Below are positions 21,091-31,900 of a DNA stretch of 64,000 nucleotides, piece after piece. A model generated the notes under the pieces. That model ran no database searches, was not told where the DNA came from, and was given only the letters and a program-made list of their open reading frames with translations. The first letter of the stretch is position 1. Each line of letters opens with the position of its first letter. The stretch is from Promethearchaeota archaeon. GTDB lineage: Archaea > Asgardarchaeota > Lokiarchaeia > Sigyniarchaeales > SOKP01. The DNA lies in assembly GCA_019058245.1 (NCBI GenBank), contig JAHPZJ010000030.1, forward strand, positions 171,208-235,207, given 5' to 3'. The position numbers were made by a program, and so were the translations under genes.

Positions 21091-22095
21091 ATGTCATTTC
21101 ATATAGAAACAAGAAAAGTACAAAAAACAGGAGGATCTTCCTATATTATATCTCTACCTAAAGTATGGATTGACAAACATGGGGTAGAAAAAAATGATAC
21201 TTTAGGAATATTATCACAACCAGATGGAAATTTGTTGATAACTCCTCAGATTGAAAATGAAAAAGGTATTAAGACAAAAGAGATCGTTGTTGATGATTAT
21301 AAGGATGAAAATTTTTTATTCCGGGTATTAATTGGAGCATATATTATGGGATTTTCTAGAATTGTATTAAAATCTAGTAAGAAATTTGAACCTTTAATGA
21401 GAGATACTATAACCAATTTCACTCAAATCGCAATAGGGCCAGAAATTATTGAAGAATCTAATAATTTCATTATGATTAAAGATTTACTAAATCCTAAAGA
21501 AATGCCTTTTGAAAAAACAATAAAAAGAATGTATATTCTTGTACAGGATATGCATGAGGATGCAATCGATGCTCTAGAAACAGGGAAAAGCGAATTGGCT
21601 GAAGAAGTAATCAAAAGAGACGATGATGTTGACAGATTACATTGGTTGATTAGTCGTCAATCCCATATTGTATTGAGAGATATAATTCTTTGCCAGAAAA
21701 TGGGGATAACTTTAGAACAAGCGAGTCATTATCAACAAATGAGTAGATTCCTTGAAAGAATTGGGGATCATGCTTCAAAGATAGCTAAAAATGTCTTAAT
21801 TCTTTTAAAACAAAAAATTGATGATAAGTTAAAGGATGAACTAAAAGAAGTAAGTAAATTGTCACTAGATTTATTGAATAAAAGTCTTGATGCTTGGCTT
21901 CAGAAAAGTATTAGTTTAGCGAATGAAAATATTGAAGAGATAAAAATATTAATCTCAATCACAGAGAAGATAAGTCTTAATACAAATGTAAATGTGCAAG
22001 TTTCAATGGCGATAGGATATATTATTGAAAGTATAAGAAGAACGGCAGAATACTCTGGAGATATTTCTGAAATAATAATTAATAATCTAGTATAA
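21091..22095 (+). CDS. Archaeal phosphate uptake regulator (N-terminal AbrB/SpoVT DNA-binding domain plus PhoU domains)
   Basis: 'ETRKVQKTGGSSYIISLPKVW'; 'RDDDVDRL', 'LERIGDHA'; divergent from pstS. Confidence 0.9.
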   Translation: MSFHIETRKVQKTGGSSYIISLPKVWIDKHGVEKNDTLGILSQPDGNLLITPQIENEKGIKTKEIVVDDYKDENFLFRVLIGAYIMGFSRIVLKSSKKFEPLMRDTITNFTQIAIGPEIIEESNNFIMIKDLLNPKEMPFEKTIKRMYILVQDMHEDAIDALETGKSELAEEVIKRDDDVDRLHWLISRQSHIVLRDIILCQKMGITLEQASHYQQMSRFLERIGDHASKIAKNVLILLKQKIDDKLKDELKEVSKLSLDLLNKSLDAWLQKSISLANENIEEIKILISITEKISLNTNVNVQVSMAIGYIIESIRRTAEYSGDISEIIINNLV

Positions 22096-22286
22096 TTCCA
22101 TAGTATTTATCTATATTAATCTTTACATAATTACTTCTGAATATATACTACGTGGAGTTGATTTATTATCTATTTTTTTTAATCCGTAGTAAATTTCATA
22201 AATCCTTAGGGCTCTTTTGATTTTTTAAGTAAATAATCTTAAGCACAAAATAATATAAGAATATAGGTTTAAGGAGAATAAATTAT

Positions 22287-22460
22287 ATGTTAAATCAAGT
22301 CCAACATAGAATAAGTAAATTAGAGCTCTCAATCAATCTTTTAGAAGAGCACTTGCGCAAATTTGGTCAACAAATAAAACCAGGACCTTTTAAATTTATA
22401 AAATATCAAATTGAAAACATGAAACGTGAAATCCAGATAAGGCGAGATTATCCTATATAA
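22287..22460 (+). CDS. 57-aa small helical-hairpin/coiled-coil protein (not in ORF track)
   Basis: MLNQVQHRISKLELSINLLEEHLRKFGQQIKPGPFKFIKYQIENMKREIQIRRDYPI; AAGGAG upstream; T-run downstream. Confidence 0.6.
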   Translation: MLNQVQHRISKLELSINLLEEHLRKFGQQIKPGPFKFIKYQIENMKREIQIRRDYPI

Positions 22461-22635
22461 TATAAGAGTAGTTTTTTTCTATTTATTTCAATGTATAATT
22501 AAATTCCTAAAATTTCATATTTACTTCAACTATATATTAGTTCTTTTTTGATGAATTTATCGTTCGAATTATATATATAATAATATAAATAATTATAACT
22601 CCAAATCTAAATTTATTAGAAAACTATTTTGTTTT

Positions 22636-23946
22636 TTGGTAGCTCTTATGGAAAATAATACAATAGAACTAAAAAAGTTCTATATTGGAATATTTTCACT
22701 AACTTATTTCACTCAAGGTATTACACAGTCATTTTTTACCACAATTATACCAATTTATTTATTACAATTAATTACAACATTAGATGCTGGTAAGGTTTCT
22801 TCAGTTATGTCAATGATACTTCTTCCTTTTGGAGTGAAATTTATCTATGGGATACTTTCAGATAAATTTGGTTTAAAAAAAAGGGGAAGGAGAAAACCTT
22901 GGATAATTTTTCCTTCAATTATATCTGGTTTACTATGGATAATTCTTCCCTTTGTATTAACACCTAGTAATGCTATGTTAATGGTAACATTTCTGGGAGT
23001 TTTAATTGTTATTGGAGTGGCAATAGTAGACACTGCAATTGATGGTTTTATTCTCGATCTTTATCCTAAAGAAAGACTTGGACGAGTTCAAGGAATATGT
23101 TGGGGATTTAGATCTTTAGGAATTATTGCTGGTGGACCATTACTAATAGTACTTTTTTTAGGTTTGAGAAGTGTTGTAGAATTTTCTTTTATAATATTAG
23201 GATTTGCAATGATTGTCTTTCCTTTTTTAGTTTTAATTATAAGAGAAACAAAAAAGCCATTATCCATAAATGCATTTAAAAATCTGAAAGAAATTTTTTA
23301 TGCGCGTAAAAATTGGAAAGTATTTGGTTTTTCATTATTTAATGCAATTAGTGATGGGGTAATTTTTGTAATTCTACCACTTTTTGTTCTCATTCAATGG
23401 GGGTTAGTTGGAGCTACAGGATCTGAAATTGTTCTTATTGAAAATTTTAATTTATATGCTCCGAACGCTCTAGTTGCTTTGATTATTGGTTTAGGTATTA
23501 TTATTGGATCTTTAATTGGAGGAAGAATTGCAGATCTAAAATCTCGAAAACGTAGTGTTTATTATTCTATCATTATTGAAACAGTCTGTTTTCTACTTTT
23601 TCTAATTCCAGTGCCCTGGTATATTTTATTGATATTTTCATTATTTATAGGAATTGCCTCTGGTTGGAAATATTCCGCATATTCAGCTGTAATTGGTCAG
23701 GAATCACAACTTTATCCTGAAATGGACAGTTCCTATTATGCAACCTGTAGTTCTTTTACTAATTTAGGTACTACATTAGGATTACAACTCACAAGTATTT
23801 TATTCTTAAGTTTCGCTGGTCTCTCGGTATTTGTAACTTATGCGTTTATTTTTTTAATAATGGGAATCTTAATTAATGTAGATCTGCTTCCCTTTAATTT
23901 CATGGATCCTAAGGAATATGAGATAAATAGAGCGTTAATTGAATAA
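22636..23946 (+). CDS. MFS transporter (AmpG/BT1-like)
   Basis: ~12 TM; 'GILSDKF..GRRKPWI', 'DTAIDG', 'GGRIADLKSRK'. Confidence 0.85.
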   Translation: MVALMENNTIELKKFYIGIFSLTYFTQGITQSFFTTIIPIYLLQLITTLDAGKVSSVMSMILLPFGVKFIYGILSDKFGLKKRGRRKPWIIFPSIISGLLWIILPFVLTPSNAMLMVTFLGVLIVIGVAIVDTAIDGFILDLYPKERLGRVQGICWGFRSLGIIAGGPLLIVLFLGLRSVVEFSFIILGFAMIVFPFLVLIIRETKKPLSINAFKNLKEIFYARKNWKVFGFSLFNAISDGVIFVILPLFVLIQWGLVGATGSEIVLIENFNLYAPNALVALIIGLGIIIGSLIGGRIADLKSRKRSVYYSIIIETVCFLLFLIPVPWYILLIFSLFIGIASGWKYSAYSAVIGQESQLYPEMDSSYYATCSSFTNLGTTLGLQLTSILFLSFAGLSVFVTYAFIFLIMGILINVDLLPFNFMDPKEYEINRALIE

Positions 23947-24076
23947 AGAAATTGATTTTCAAAATTTTTTTAATTTTTTCTATCATTAATTAAATTTGTG
24001 TTCCTTTTTCGTAATGTTTTTATTATTTAGATTATGATTATTCTAATACATTTCTTAACCCAATTTTAAAAAGTAG

Positions 24077-25267
24077 GTGTTTTCAATTAAATTAGAATAT
24101 TCTGAAAGATATAAAAGACTTCCAACCTATATTTTTGTTGAGATAGAACAATTACTTTCAGAAAAAAGAAAAAAAGGGGTTGATATTATTCCTTTGGGAA
24201 TAGGAGATCCTGATATTCCGACTCCTAATTTAATTATCAATGAATTAATAGATCAAGTGAAGAAACCAGAGAATCACCAATATCCCTCAAGCATGGGAGA
24301 AGAAGATTTTAGAGAGGGCGTTGCTAACTGGTATAAGACTAGATTTCATGTTGATTTAGATCCAAAAGAAGAGATTTCAAATATAATTGGAGGAAAAGAA
24401 GGCGTAGCTAACATTGCTAGAGCATTTGTGAATCCAGGAGATATAGTTCTCTGTCCTAATCCCGGATATCCTGTTTATGAGAACGGAGCAACAAAATTAT
24501 GTGATGCCTATCCACATTCAATGCCACTTTTAAAAGAGAACGATTTTTTGCCGGACTTAGATATTATTGATACAAAAATTCTTAAAAAAGCAAAATTAAT
24601 GTATTTGAACTATCCTAATAATCCTACTGGTGCGATTGCACCAAAAGAATACCTAAAAAAAGTGGTTGATTATGCTCAAGATTATAACTTTTTTATAGTT
24701 CATGATAATCCTTATTCAGAATTTACATTTGATGATTATATAGCACCTTCAATTTTACAAATAGATCAGAATCATGTTGAAATCAATAGTGCATCTAAAA
24801 TGTTTAATATGACAGGATTTCGATGTGGATGGATTGCTGGAAATAAAGAAATAATACAAGGAATAAGAAAGATTAAATCTCAAATTGATTCAGGATGCCC
24901 TACTTTTATCCAGAGAGCCGTACTTAAAGGATTAAATGAGTATAACTCTCAAAAAAAACCAGAAATAGTTGAGAAAACAGTAAAAATATATGAAAAACGC
25001 AGAGATACTATGATTAAAGGATTAAATAATATTGGTTGGTTAACAAATACACCTCAAGCAACGTTTTACGTCTGGATTCAAATACCTGATAAATATCTTA
25101 ATAAAGGTTGTATGAATTTTGTAAAATCTTTAATAGAAGTTGGAGTTGTTCTCACTCCAGGGATTGGATTTGGTCAATATGGGGAGGGTTTTGTTAGAAT
25201 AGCTTTAACACAGTCAGAACACCGTATAAAAGAAGCAATAGAACGAATTGATAAAGTGATAAATTAA
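24077..25267 (+). CDS. dapL: LL-diaminopimelate aminotransferase (class I/II PLP aminotransferase)
   Basis: 'LGIGDPD', 'GGKEG', 'YPNNPTG', 'DNPYSE', 'SASKMFNMTGFRCG', 'GEGFVRIAL'. Confidence 0.75.
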   Translation: MFSIKLEYSERYKRLPTYIFVEIEQLLSEKRKKGVDIIPLGIGDPDIPTPNLIINELIDQVKKPENHQYPSSMGEEDFREGVANWYKTRFHVDLDPKEEISNIIGGKEGVANIARAFVNPGDIVLCPNPGYPVYENGATKLCDAYPHSMPLLKENDFLPDLDIIDTKILKKAKLMYLNYPNNPTGAIAPKEYLKKVVDYAQDYNFFIVHDNPYSEFTFDDYIAPSILQIDQNHVEINSASKMFNMTGFRCGWIAGNKEIIQGIRKIKSQIDSGCPTFIQRAVLKGLNEYNSQKKPEIVEKTVKIYEKRRDTMIKGLNNIGWLTNTPQATFYVWIQIPDKYLNKGCMNFVKSLIEVGVVLTPGIGFGQYGEGFVRIALTQSEHRIKEAIERIDKVIN

Positions 25268-25314
25268 TTAATTTAAAAAAAGTTAATAAAATATTAAGGA
25301 ATCTTATTTTTTTT

Positions 25315-25494
25315 TTAGTCCAGTCTTTTTTTCATTTTTAGTCTCAAGGCTTCTAGTCTTCTCTCATCTTTTGCCTCAAGACTTTCTGAAAAATCATTAG
25401 GAATGTCAATAGACATCATGACTGGAGCTTTATAAGAATCCCAATCTTTATAATAATCCAATATTAGATCAATTTCACTTGATTCTTCCTCCAA
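25315..25494 (-). CDS. 59-aa small protein, acidic N-terminus and basic C-terminus (not in ORF track)
   Basis: TTG start 6 nt after a perfect GGAGGTGA; MEEESSEIDLILDYYKDWDSYKAPVMMSIDIPNDFSESLEAKDERRLEALRLKMKKRLD. Confidence 0.65.
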   Translation of the reverse strand: MEEESSEIDLILDYYKDWDSYKAPVMMSIDIPNDFSESLEAKDERRLEALRLKMKKRLD

Positions 25495-25517
25495 GAATTT
25501 TCACCTCCATTTTTTAT

Positions 25518-25725
25518 TGAAGCCTTCACAAGGAGAATTAAATCTACAATTGACCAATTTCAAATAAATTTCATTGAGTTGTAGTTATAAAAGAGAACAA
25601 ATCAGGAAAAATTATAAGAAAGAGGTCAAGAGTTTTGATTTATTCTCTCTTAATACCACGGATTACCGGTAATACCTTACCTTGTGTCTTACACCAATAA
25701 TCCATAGTATAATGTGAAAAACTCA
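25518..25725 (-). ncRNA. Candidate structured RNA / cis-regulatory leader (closing stem plus three hairpins)
   Basis: Stems 25518-25530/25713-25725, 25653-25670/25693-25710, 25592-25604/25636-25648, 25544-25549/25579-25584; G.U wobbles only on the minus strand; TTTATATA box at 25750-25757. Confidence 0.5.
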
Positions 25726-25726
25726 T
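25640..25726 (-). CDS. Putative leaderless 28-aa uORF
   Basis: MSFSHYTMDYWCKTQGKVLPVIRGIKRE; ATG 24 nt downstream of the TATA box. Confidence 0.35.
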   Translation of the reverse strand: MSFSHYTMDYWCKTQGKVLPVIRGIKRE

Positions 25727-25929
25727 TATTTAAAATAAGTTTGAATAGCTATATAAATCTTCCCATTCCAATCCCATTTATCAAATTATTTTTAATTTCA
25801 ATAATTTTTCTCAAGGAATTAAGGAAAGAATAATTATAATGACCTTGTTTTATAGCAAATAAACTAATGATAAATTTATTAACATATATTTTTATTATCT
25901 TCAAAATAAATTAAAAGATTTATTGGGCG

Positions 25930-28900
25930 ATGAACTCCGAAAATAAAAATTATTCACAAGAAAAAATTAAAAAGGCTACGGAATTTCTTCAGAAGTCATG
26001 GTGGTTTTGTTTTTACTTAGTTATTGCTCCATTGATTATTGCTTTTTTAATAATAGTTATTTTTATTCAATCTGGAGTAAATATTTATATCTCATTAGCA
26101 TTTTCTGTTTTAAGTTTTATTTTTACACTACTTTTCTTTTTTAAAGTATATGATAAATACAGAAGAAAGCCATTTTTTCTAAATAAAGAGAATAACCCTA
26201 CAGCCAGAATTCATAGTTTGTTCTTAATTTCTATATTTTCTTTGATAATAACACCAATATTTTACTTAATTTCACTTATGAATATCCCATTTACTTTACT
26301 TCCTCTAATTAGTTATGCTATTCTTTATAATATCATCTATTATTATTATTATCTTCAACCATTAGATTATTTCAACTTAGAAGAGAAGGAGTTTAAACAT
26401 ACTGAGAATATCAAGTTAATGTTTATACAACCGTATAACTTTATAATATTTCTTAATTATTTAATCCATATCATTTTCTTAGGAATTACAGCATCTACAG
26501 AATTTTCTTGGCTTTTCAGTTTAATTTCAGATATAGCAGTCTATATACTCACTTTAGTATCAACTAAAGATCAAATTAGGAAGATTAAGGAACTTATTGC
26601 TGAGAATAAGTCAATTGTAAAAGATTTAATTGTTTTTAAAAAGAAATTTGTAGTTTGTATAGTTAATCTTCTTTTTATCTTATTAATTCAAATGCCTTTT
26701 GTCAGTATCATTATGTTCAGTCTTAGAGGTGTTCTATATTCAAGTTTAGAACTTATAAGTTATGCATTTTTAACAGTAATTTTCATCTTGTTCTATTTTA
26801 AATCTAGGTACTATATTAGTGTGTACTATAACACAAGACTTAAATTGTATATAGTATCTGATAATATCAATATTTCAAAAGAAAGTACGTTTATAGAATA
26901 TTTCAAGTATCAAAAACATAATTCTTATTTATCCGGAGTGTTAATTCTATTAATTACTATATTCTCTTTTTTAATTGAAATTCCTCTTTTAAATGTAATT
27001 ATTCTTCCTTTCATTTTTATTCTTCTTTATTATGAACAAAAATCAGATCTCTGTCCTAAAAAATATAGCAGATTTGTAGCTTTATTAAATTCAATTTCAA
27101 TATTGGCTTCTATCGCTTTTGGTTTAATACCATTGATATCTGAGATGCCCTTATTAAACTTTTTAATTTTTTGTCTTTCATTGTATTTTGTATTACAAAT
27201 TTTTGCTAGATATAAATATTTCATTAAGGATGATATTCTTTTATACCAAAATCTACTTGCTATAGCAAGTTTTATATTATTATTTTACTCATTCTTTCCG
27301 ATAGCTATTATCGAATATACAACCTTTACATCAAACCCAATAATAATTCTTATTTCAAATATACTTTTACATTCATTGATTATTTTAGTAACCTTCTTAA
27401 TTTCATTATATATTCTAGGGGTTCGATATTTTTATGCTAAGACCCCGAAATCATTTAAGACCTATATTATCATAATAAGTTTTTTAATTGAACTTGTTAT
27501 TTTTGCACTCATCAATTTTAGGAACTTTTTAGTATTGGGATTTATCAATTTTTTATATTCACTTTGCATCTCATCAATTTTATTCCCAATTGTTTTCATA
27601 GTTTTCCTTTTTGTAAATTATAGTCTAAATGCATTCAAATTAGAATATTTCTTAACCTTATGTTATTATATTTTTTGGATTTTTATTGTTGATTTCTTCA
27701 TTTCTCTGCTGATTATCTCTTTACTCAATATTTACATCATTGTTCTAATATTAGATTGTTTAATTTCATCCATTTTTTATTATTTTATATTGAAATTTGG
27801 TATGGAATTAGAAAAAATAAATGAATCCAAATTTAATACAAATAATAAAATCAATTCCTATTTAATTGGTATTGAGCTTTTATCATTATTTTTTACTATT
27901 TTTTTTATAGCTTTTCAATCTATCTCCTTAGCAGAAAATTTAATCTATTCATTATATTTATCATTACTAATCGTCGGTGGATTAGTCAATCTATTTTCAA
28001 AAATAGAAATTTTTTCGGAAGACCTCATTCTTAGAATAAATGCATTTATTCTATTATATAGCTCATTAATAGCTTTTTACTTCATTTTATTACTTACTTT
28101 TAATACAACTTATGTTTATATAGTTCCTCTACTGGTCTTTTCTACAATTTTTTACTTACCGCTTTTATTTTTGAAGAAGAAAAGCATATTCAAAAACTTT
28201 ATATCTAAGTTATTAAAAGTAAATAGTCTGCTATTTTCAGCAACATTATCCTTAATTCCCATTATTATAGGTTTGGAAATGTTCAATTTAGGATTATATT
28301 TTGATTTAATTTTTTTAATATTTTCTGTAATCAATTTTAGCTTATATATTGTATTCGCTCTTCTTGGTATTTACTATTTCTTATTGAAGAAAATCAAGGT
28401 TGATGAAAATCGAGTTAATCTGATTCTTAAATTACATATATTAATAGCAGTAATTATTGGAATTACAACGATATTTTATTATCCATTTTTTCTATTAACC
28501 GGGACATTCTATTGCATAGTATTACCATTGATTTTTATGTTCTGCTTCTTTTATATACCTCTTTTTTACTCTTACAAGAAACAGTTGTTTAATGTTAAAC
28601 TAGTTAAATTAGAAATAGTTTTAATTACTATAGCTTTAACAGGTTTATTTACTTCAATACCTTCAATAGTTAGTTTAGATTTAATAAATAAAAGTTTGAT
28701 ATTTTATTCTAAGGTTTTACCTGTAAATATTATAAACTTTTCCTTCTACATTTTCTTTATTTTTTTATTAATTCTTAGTAGTCTATTTAAAAAATTAGAA
28801 TTAAAAAGCAAATTTATTTTAAATTTAGGTAGATTACAATTCTTTACCATATTTTGTATTTCTATTACTACACTATTTTTCTACCCATTTTCATTGTTAA

Positions 28901-31900
28901 GTGGATTTTTTTATAAAATCCTTATTTCTTTCATTGCTTTATTGTCTTCTTGGTTTTTTATTTTCTATTATGCTTATAGAAAAGAATATTTCAATCTAGT
29001 ATTAGTAAGACTATTAACAATCTATAATTTTACTGTATTATCGTGCTTAATTATTTCGTTACCATTTATAATTGGATTAGAAGTATTTGGATTCGCAGCT
29101 AATTTCATCCTAATAATAACCCTAACACTATTAATTCTATTTGTTTTTCTTAATATTTTTGAGATTATCGCAAATAAAATTAAGTTAAAAGAAAGATATA
29201 TAAAATATTCTAAATTGCTTAAACCAATTCTCTTTTTTCTATTATCATTATTTTTGTCTTATTATATATCTACGATTTTTATTATTAGACTTACACTAAC
29301 TCCTATAACTTTTCTAGTGTTAAGTTGTAGCTTTTTAGTTTTTTTCTTATTAAGTATGTATACCCTGGAACTTACATTTTCCTATGATCCCAAATTATTG
29401 ACATTAAAAAAGTATAAAGATATTATCATTTATGGAATCATTCTTTCATTATCATCAATTTTTACTTTTTTAAGCATATCAACAAATATTCTTTCATCTT
29501 TTTTTCTAACTTCAATAATATTTAATTCATCTATTATAATTGGTGTTTTTACTTCATTATTTCTTTTATTTTTGATTCTGGGTGACAATTTAATAGAATT
29601 GAAATTACCGCAGGTAAAAATAATCTGCGAATTAATTGCATGGGTAATTATAAAGGTAATATTATGCATTTTAACATTTTTTCTTATTGACGTTTTTGCG
29701 TATCAATTCTTTATTGTAAATAAAATATTGCTAGTTTCATTAATTTTTACCGTTCTTACACCCTTAAGTCTTCATATATTAAAAAATCTGAGTTTAGTAT
29801 CATCTAAAAATAAATTACTAATAAAAAAACTAACTGAAATTGTATTTATTATTTCTTTATTAGGAATTTATACTGAAATTTCTTACAATTTATTAAATTT
29901 AATACCACTATTTTATCAGAACTCACTTTTGAAAATAGTATCTCTCACTATTAATCTGATTTTAATTTTATATTATTTTTCTATAAAGTATAATAGAGTA
30001 CTAGAAGAACATTCTTCACTCAATATTTACAGCTTTTATTTAACATCCTTCTTATTATTTTTCAGCTTTCTTTATTTTAATACTAATCTTTCAGTTTTCC
30101 TTATATTACTATCGTATGTATTAATTCTTTCTAAGAGGAGCATAATTTCTATTTTTCGGTTTTTATCATATTTCTTACTAAGTTATTATACTTTTACTAC
30201 GATTCTAGTAATTATAAATTTCTATGGGGTTACAATAGCGTTTAATTTAACAAATCTAAGTATATTCATCAATCTATATCTCTTAACGACAATTTTCGTT
30301 TTGGTTTTCTCTATTATTCTAAATATAAAGAAAAATAATACCCAAGAAAAATTTACATTATATTCTCTAATTTCTATACTCTCTTATGTTTCTCTCATGA
30401 ACTTTACAAATATTTTATCAATTTATAACATTACAATTTCACTTTTCATATTCTTATTCTTTATGGGAATTTACTTTCATCATCAAAAAGATGAACGTTA
30501 TAAATGGTTTATTAAGCCTTGTTTAATTTTGTTTATCTTTGACTTTATTAGCTTTCTATCATATTCATGGTTCTTTAATAATCAGATTTATGATACTTAC
30601 AATCCAATTTTAACTTTCACTCTTACTCTTAGTATAACAGGTTTTGGATTCGTTTTATTGTATAATGAGGCTCCAAGAAAATTTCGAAAGAAATTCTTCT
30701 ATATTATACTAGCATCAATAGTTATTGCTTTTCCAATCTTTATCTATTTTTTAATGATTGCGTCTTTATCAATGCCATTATTATCTATAGTTCCATTAAT
30801 AGTCGCAATAGATTTTGGTGTTTTTCTTTTTTATCTTTGTATTGCAATATATCACTGGAGGATTTCATGGGCAATTTGGAAATCTGGATGGTATGTGTGG
30901 AATATTCTACCTTTTGTTAACTTCTTTATTATATATCAAAGTTTTACTGGAATTGATGTATTCACTGACTCATTGCAATTTGGATTAATTCAAGTAGAAG
31001 GTTCATTAATAATTTCAATGATAATATGTTCTTTATTTTTCTTGCCAGTATTGTATACAAAAATTAAAAAATATTTTTTTTATATAATATTTATTATATG
31101 GGGTGAAAGTCTATTTTTACTCTATTGGGTTAACTCAAATTTATTTGTCAGTGATCTAGTATTAAGAAATTTATCTTTTGTTTTATTTTCAGTTATACTA
31201 TTAATGCCTTTATTCGCGGGATTTAAATATTGGAAAATGGTGTCGATATTTTGGCTTTTATTAACTATAATTAATAGTTTATTTTTATTGGGCTATTTAG
31301 TTTCTATTGGGGTCAATTTAGAAATGGTAATTTCAATTGACATTTTAGTTTTTGGGTTATTTTTTATTGTTTATTCATTTTTTCCAAATATAAGATCCTA
31401 TGGAGTTATATTAATAAGTGCCTATCTTATTACACTTTCAGGTATTTTCTCCACAGTTTTATTCATTTTTTATTTATTATTATTAGATCCCATATTTTCT
31501 GTGAACATTAGTTTTATCATAGTTGGTTTAAGTCTTTTTTCCTCAAAATATTTAAAATTATCGAATAGAATTATAGATCATAGTCTCTCTTGGGTATTAA
31601 TATTCAACTTAGCATGGTTAACTTTCAATACTTTCAATCTATTTCCAGGATTTGTTGTGTTTGCATTCTCTTTAGCACTAACTGTTTTTGGATTTTCATT
31701 TTTCATCTTTAATCACTACAAAATGAAAATGCCTATTAGAATTATAATTCCAAGTTCAATTATCACGATTGGGGCTTCTCTTTCAGTCACCTCTTTTATA
31801 TCTTTAATTTTTAAAGCATCCCCCGGGATATTAATCTCTACGTTTTCTTCAGTATTTATAGTATTCTTATATTTTTTAATTAAAGAATATCGATATTTGC

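Noticed and set aside
25518-25725. Structured region as SECIS, SRP or RNase P RNA
   Set aside because: It lacks the conserved SRP helix 8 and RNase P motifs, there is no convincing AUGA/GA quartet, and no in-frame UGA gene lies nearby
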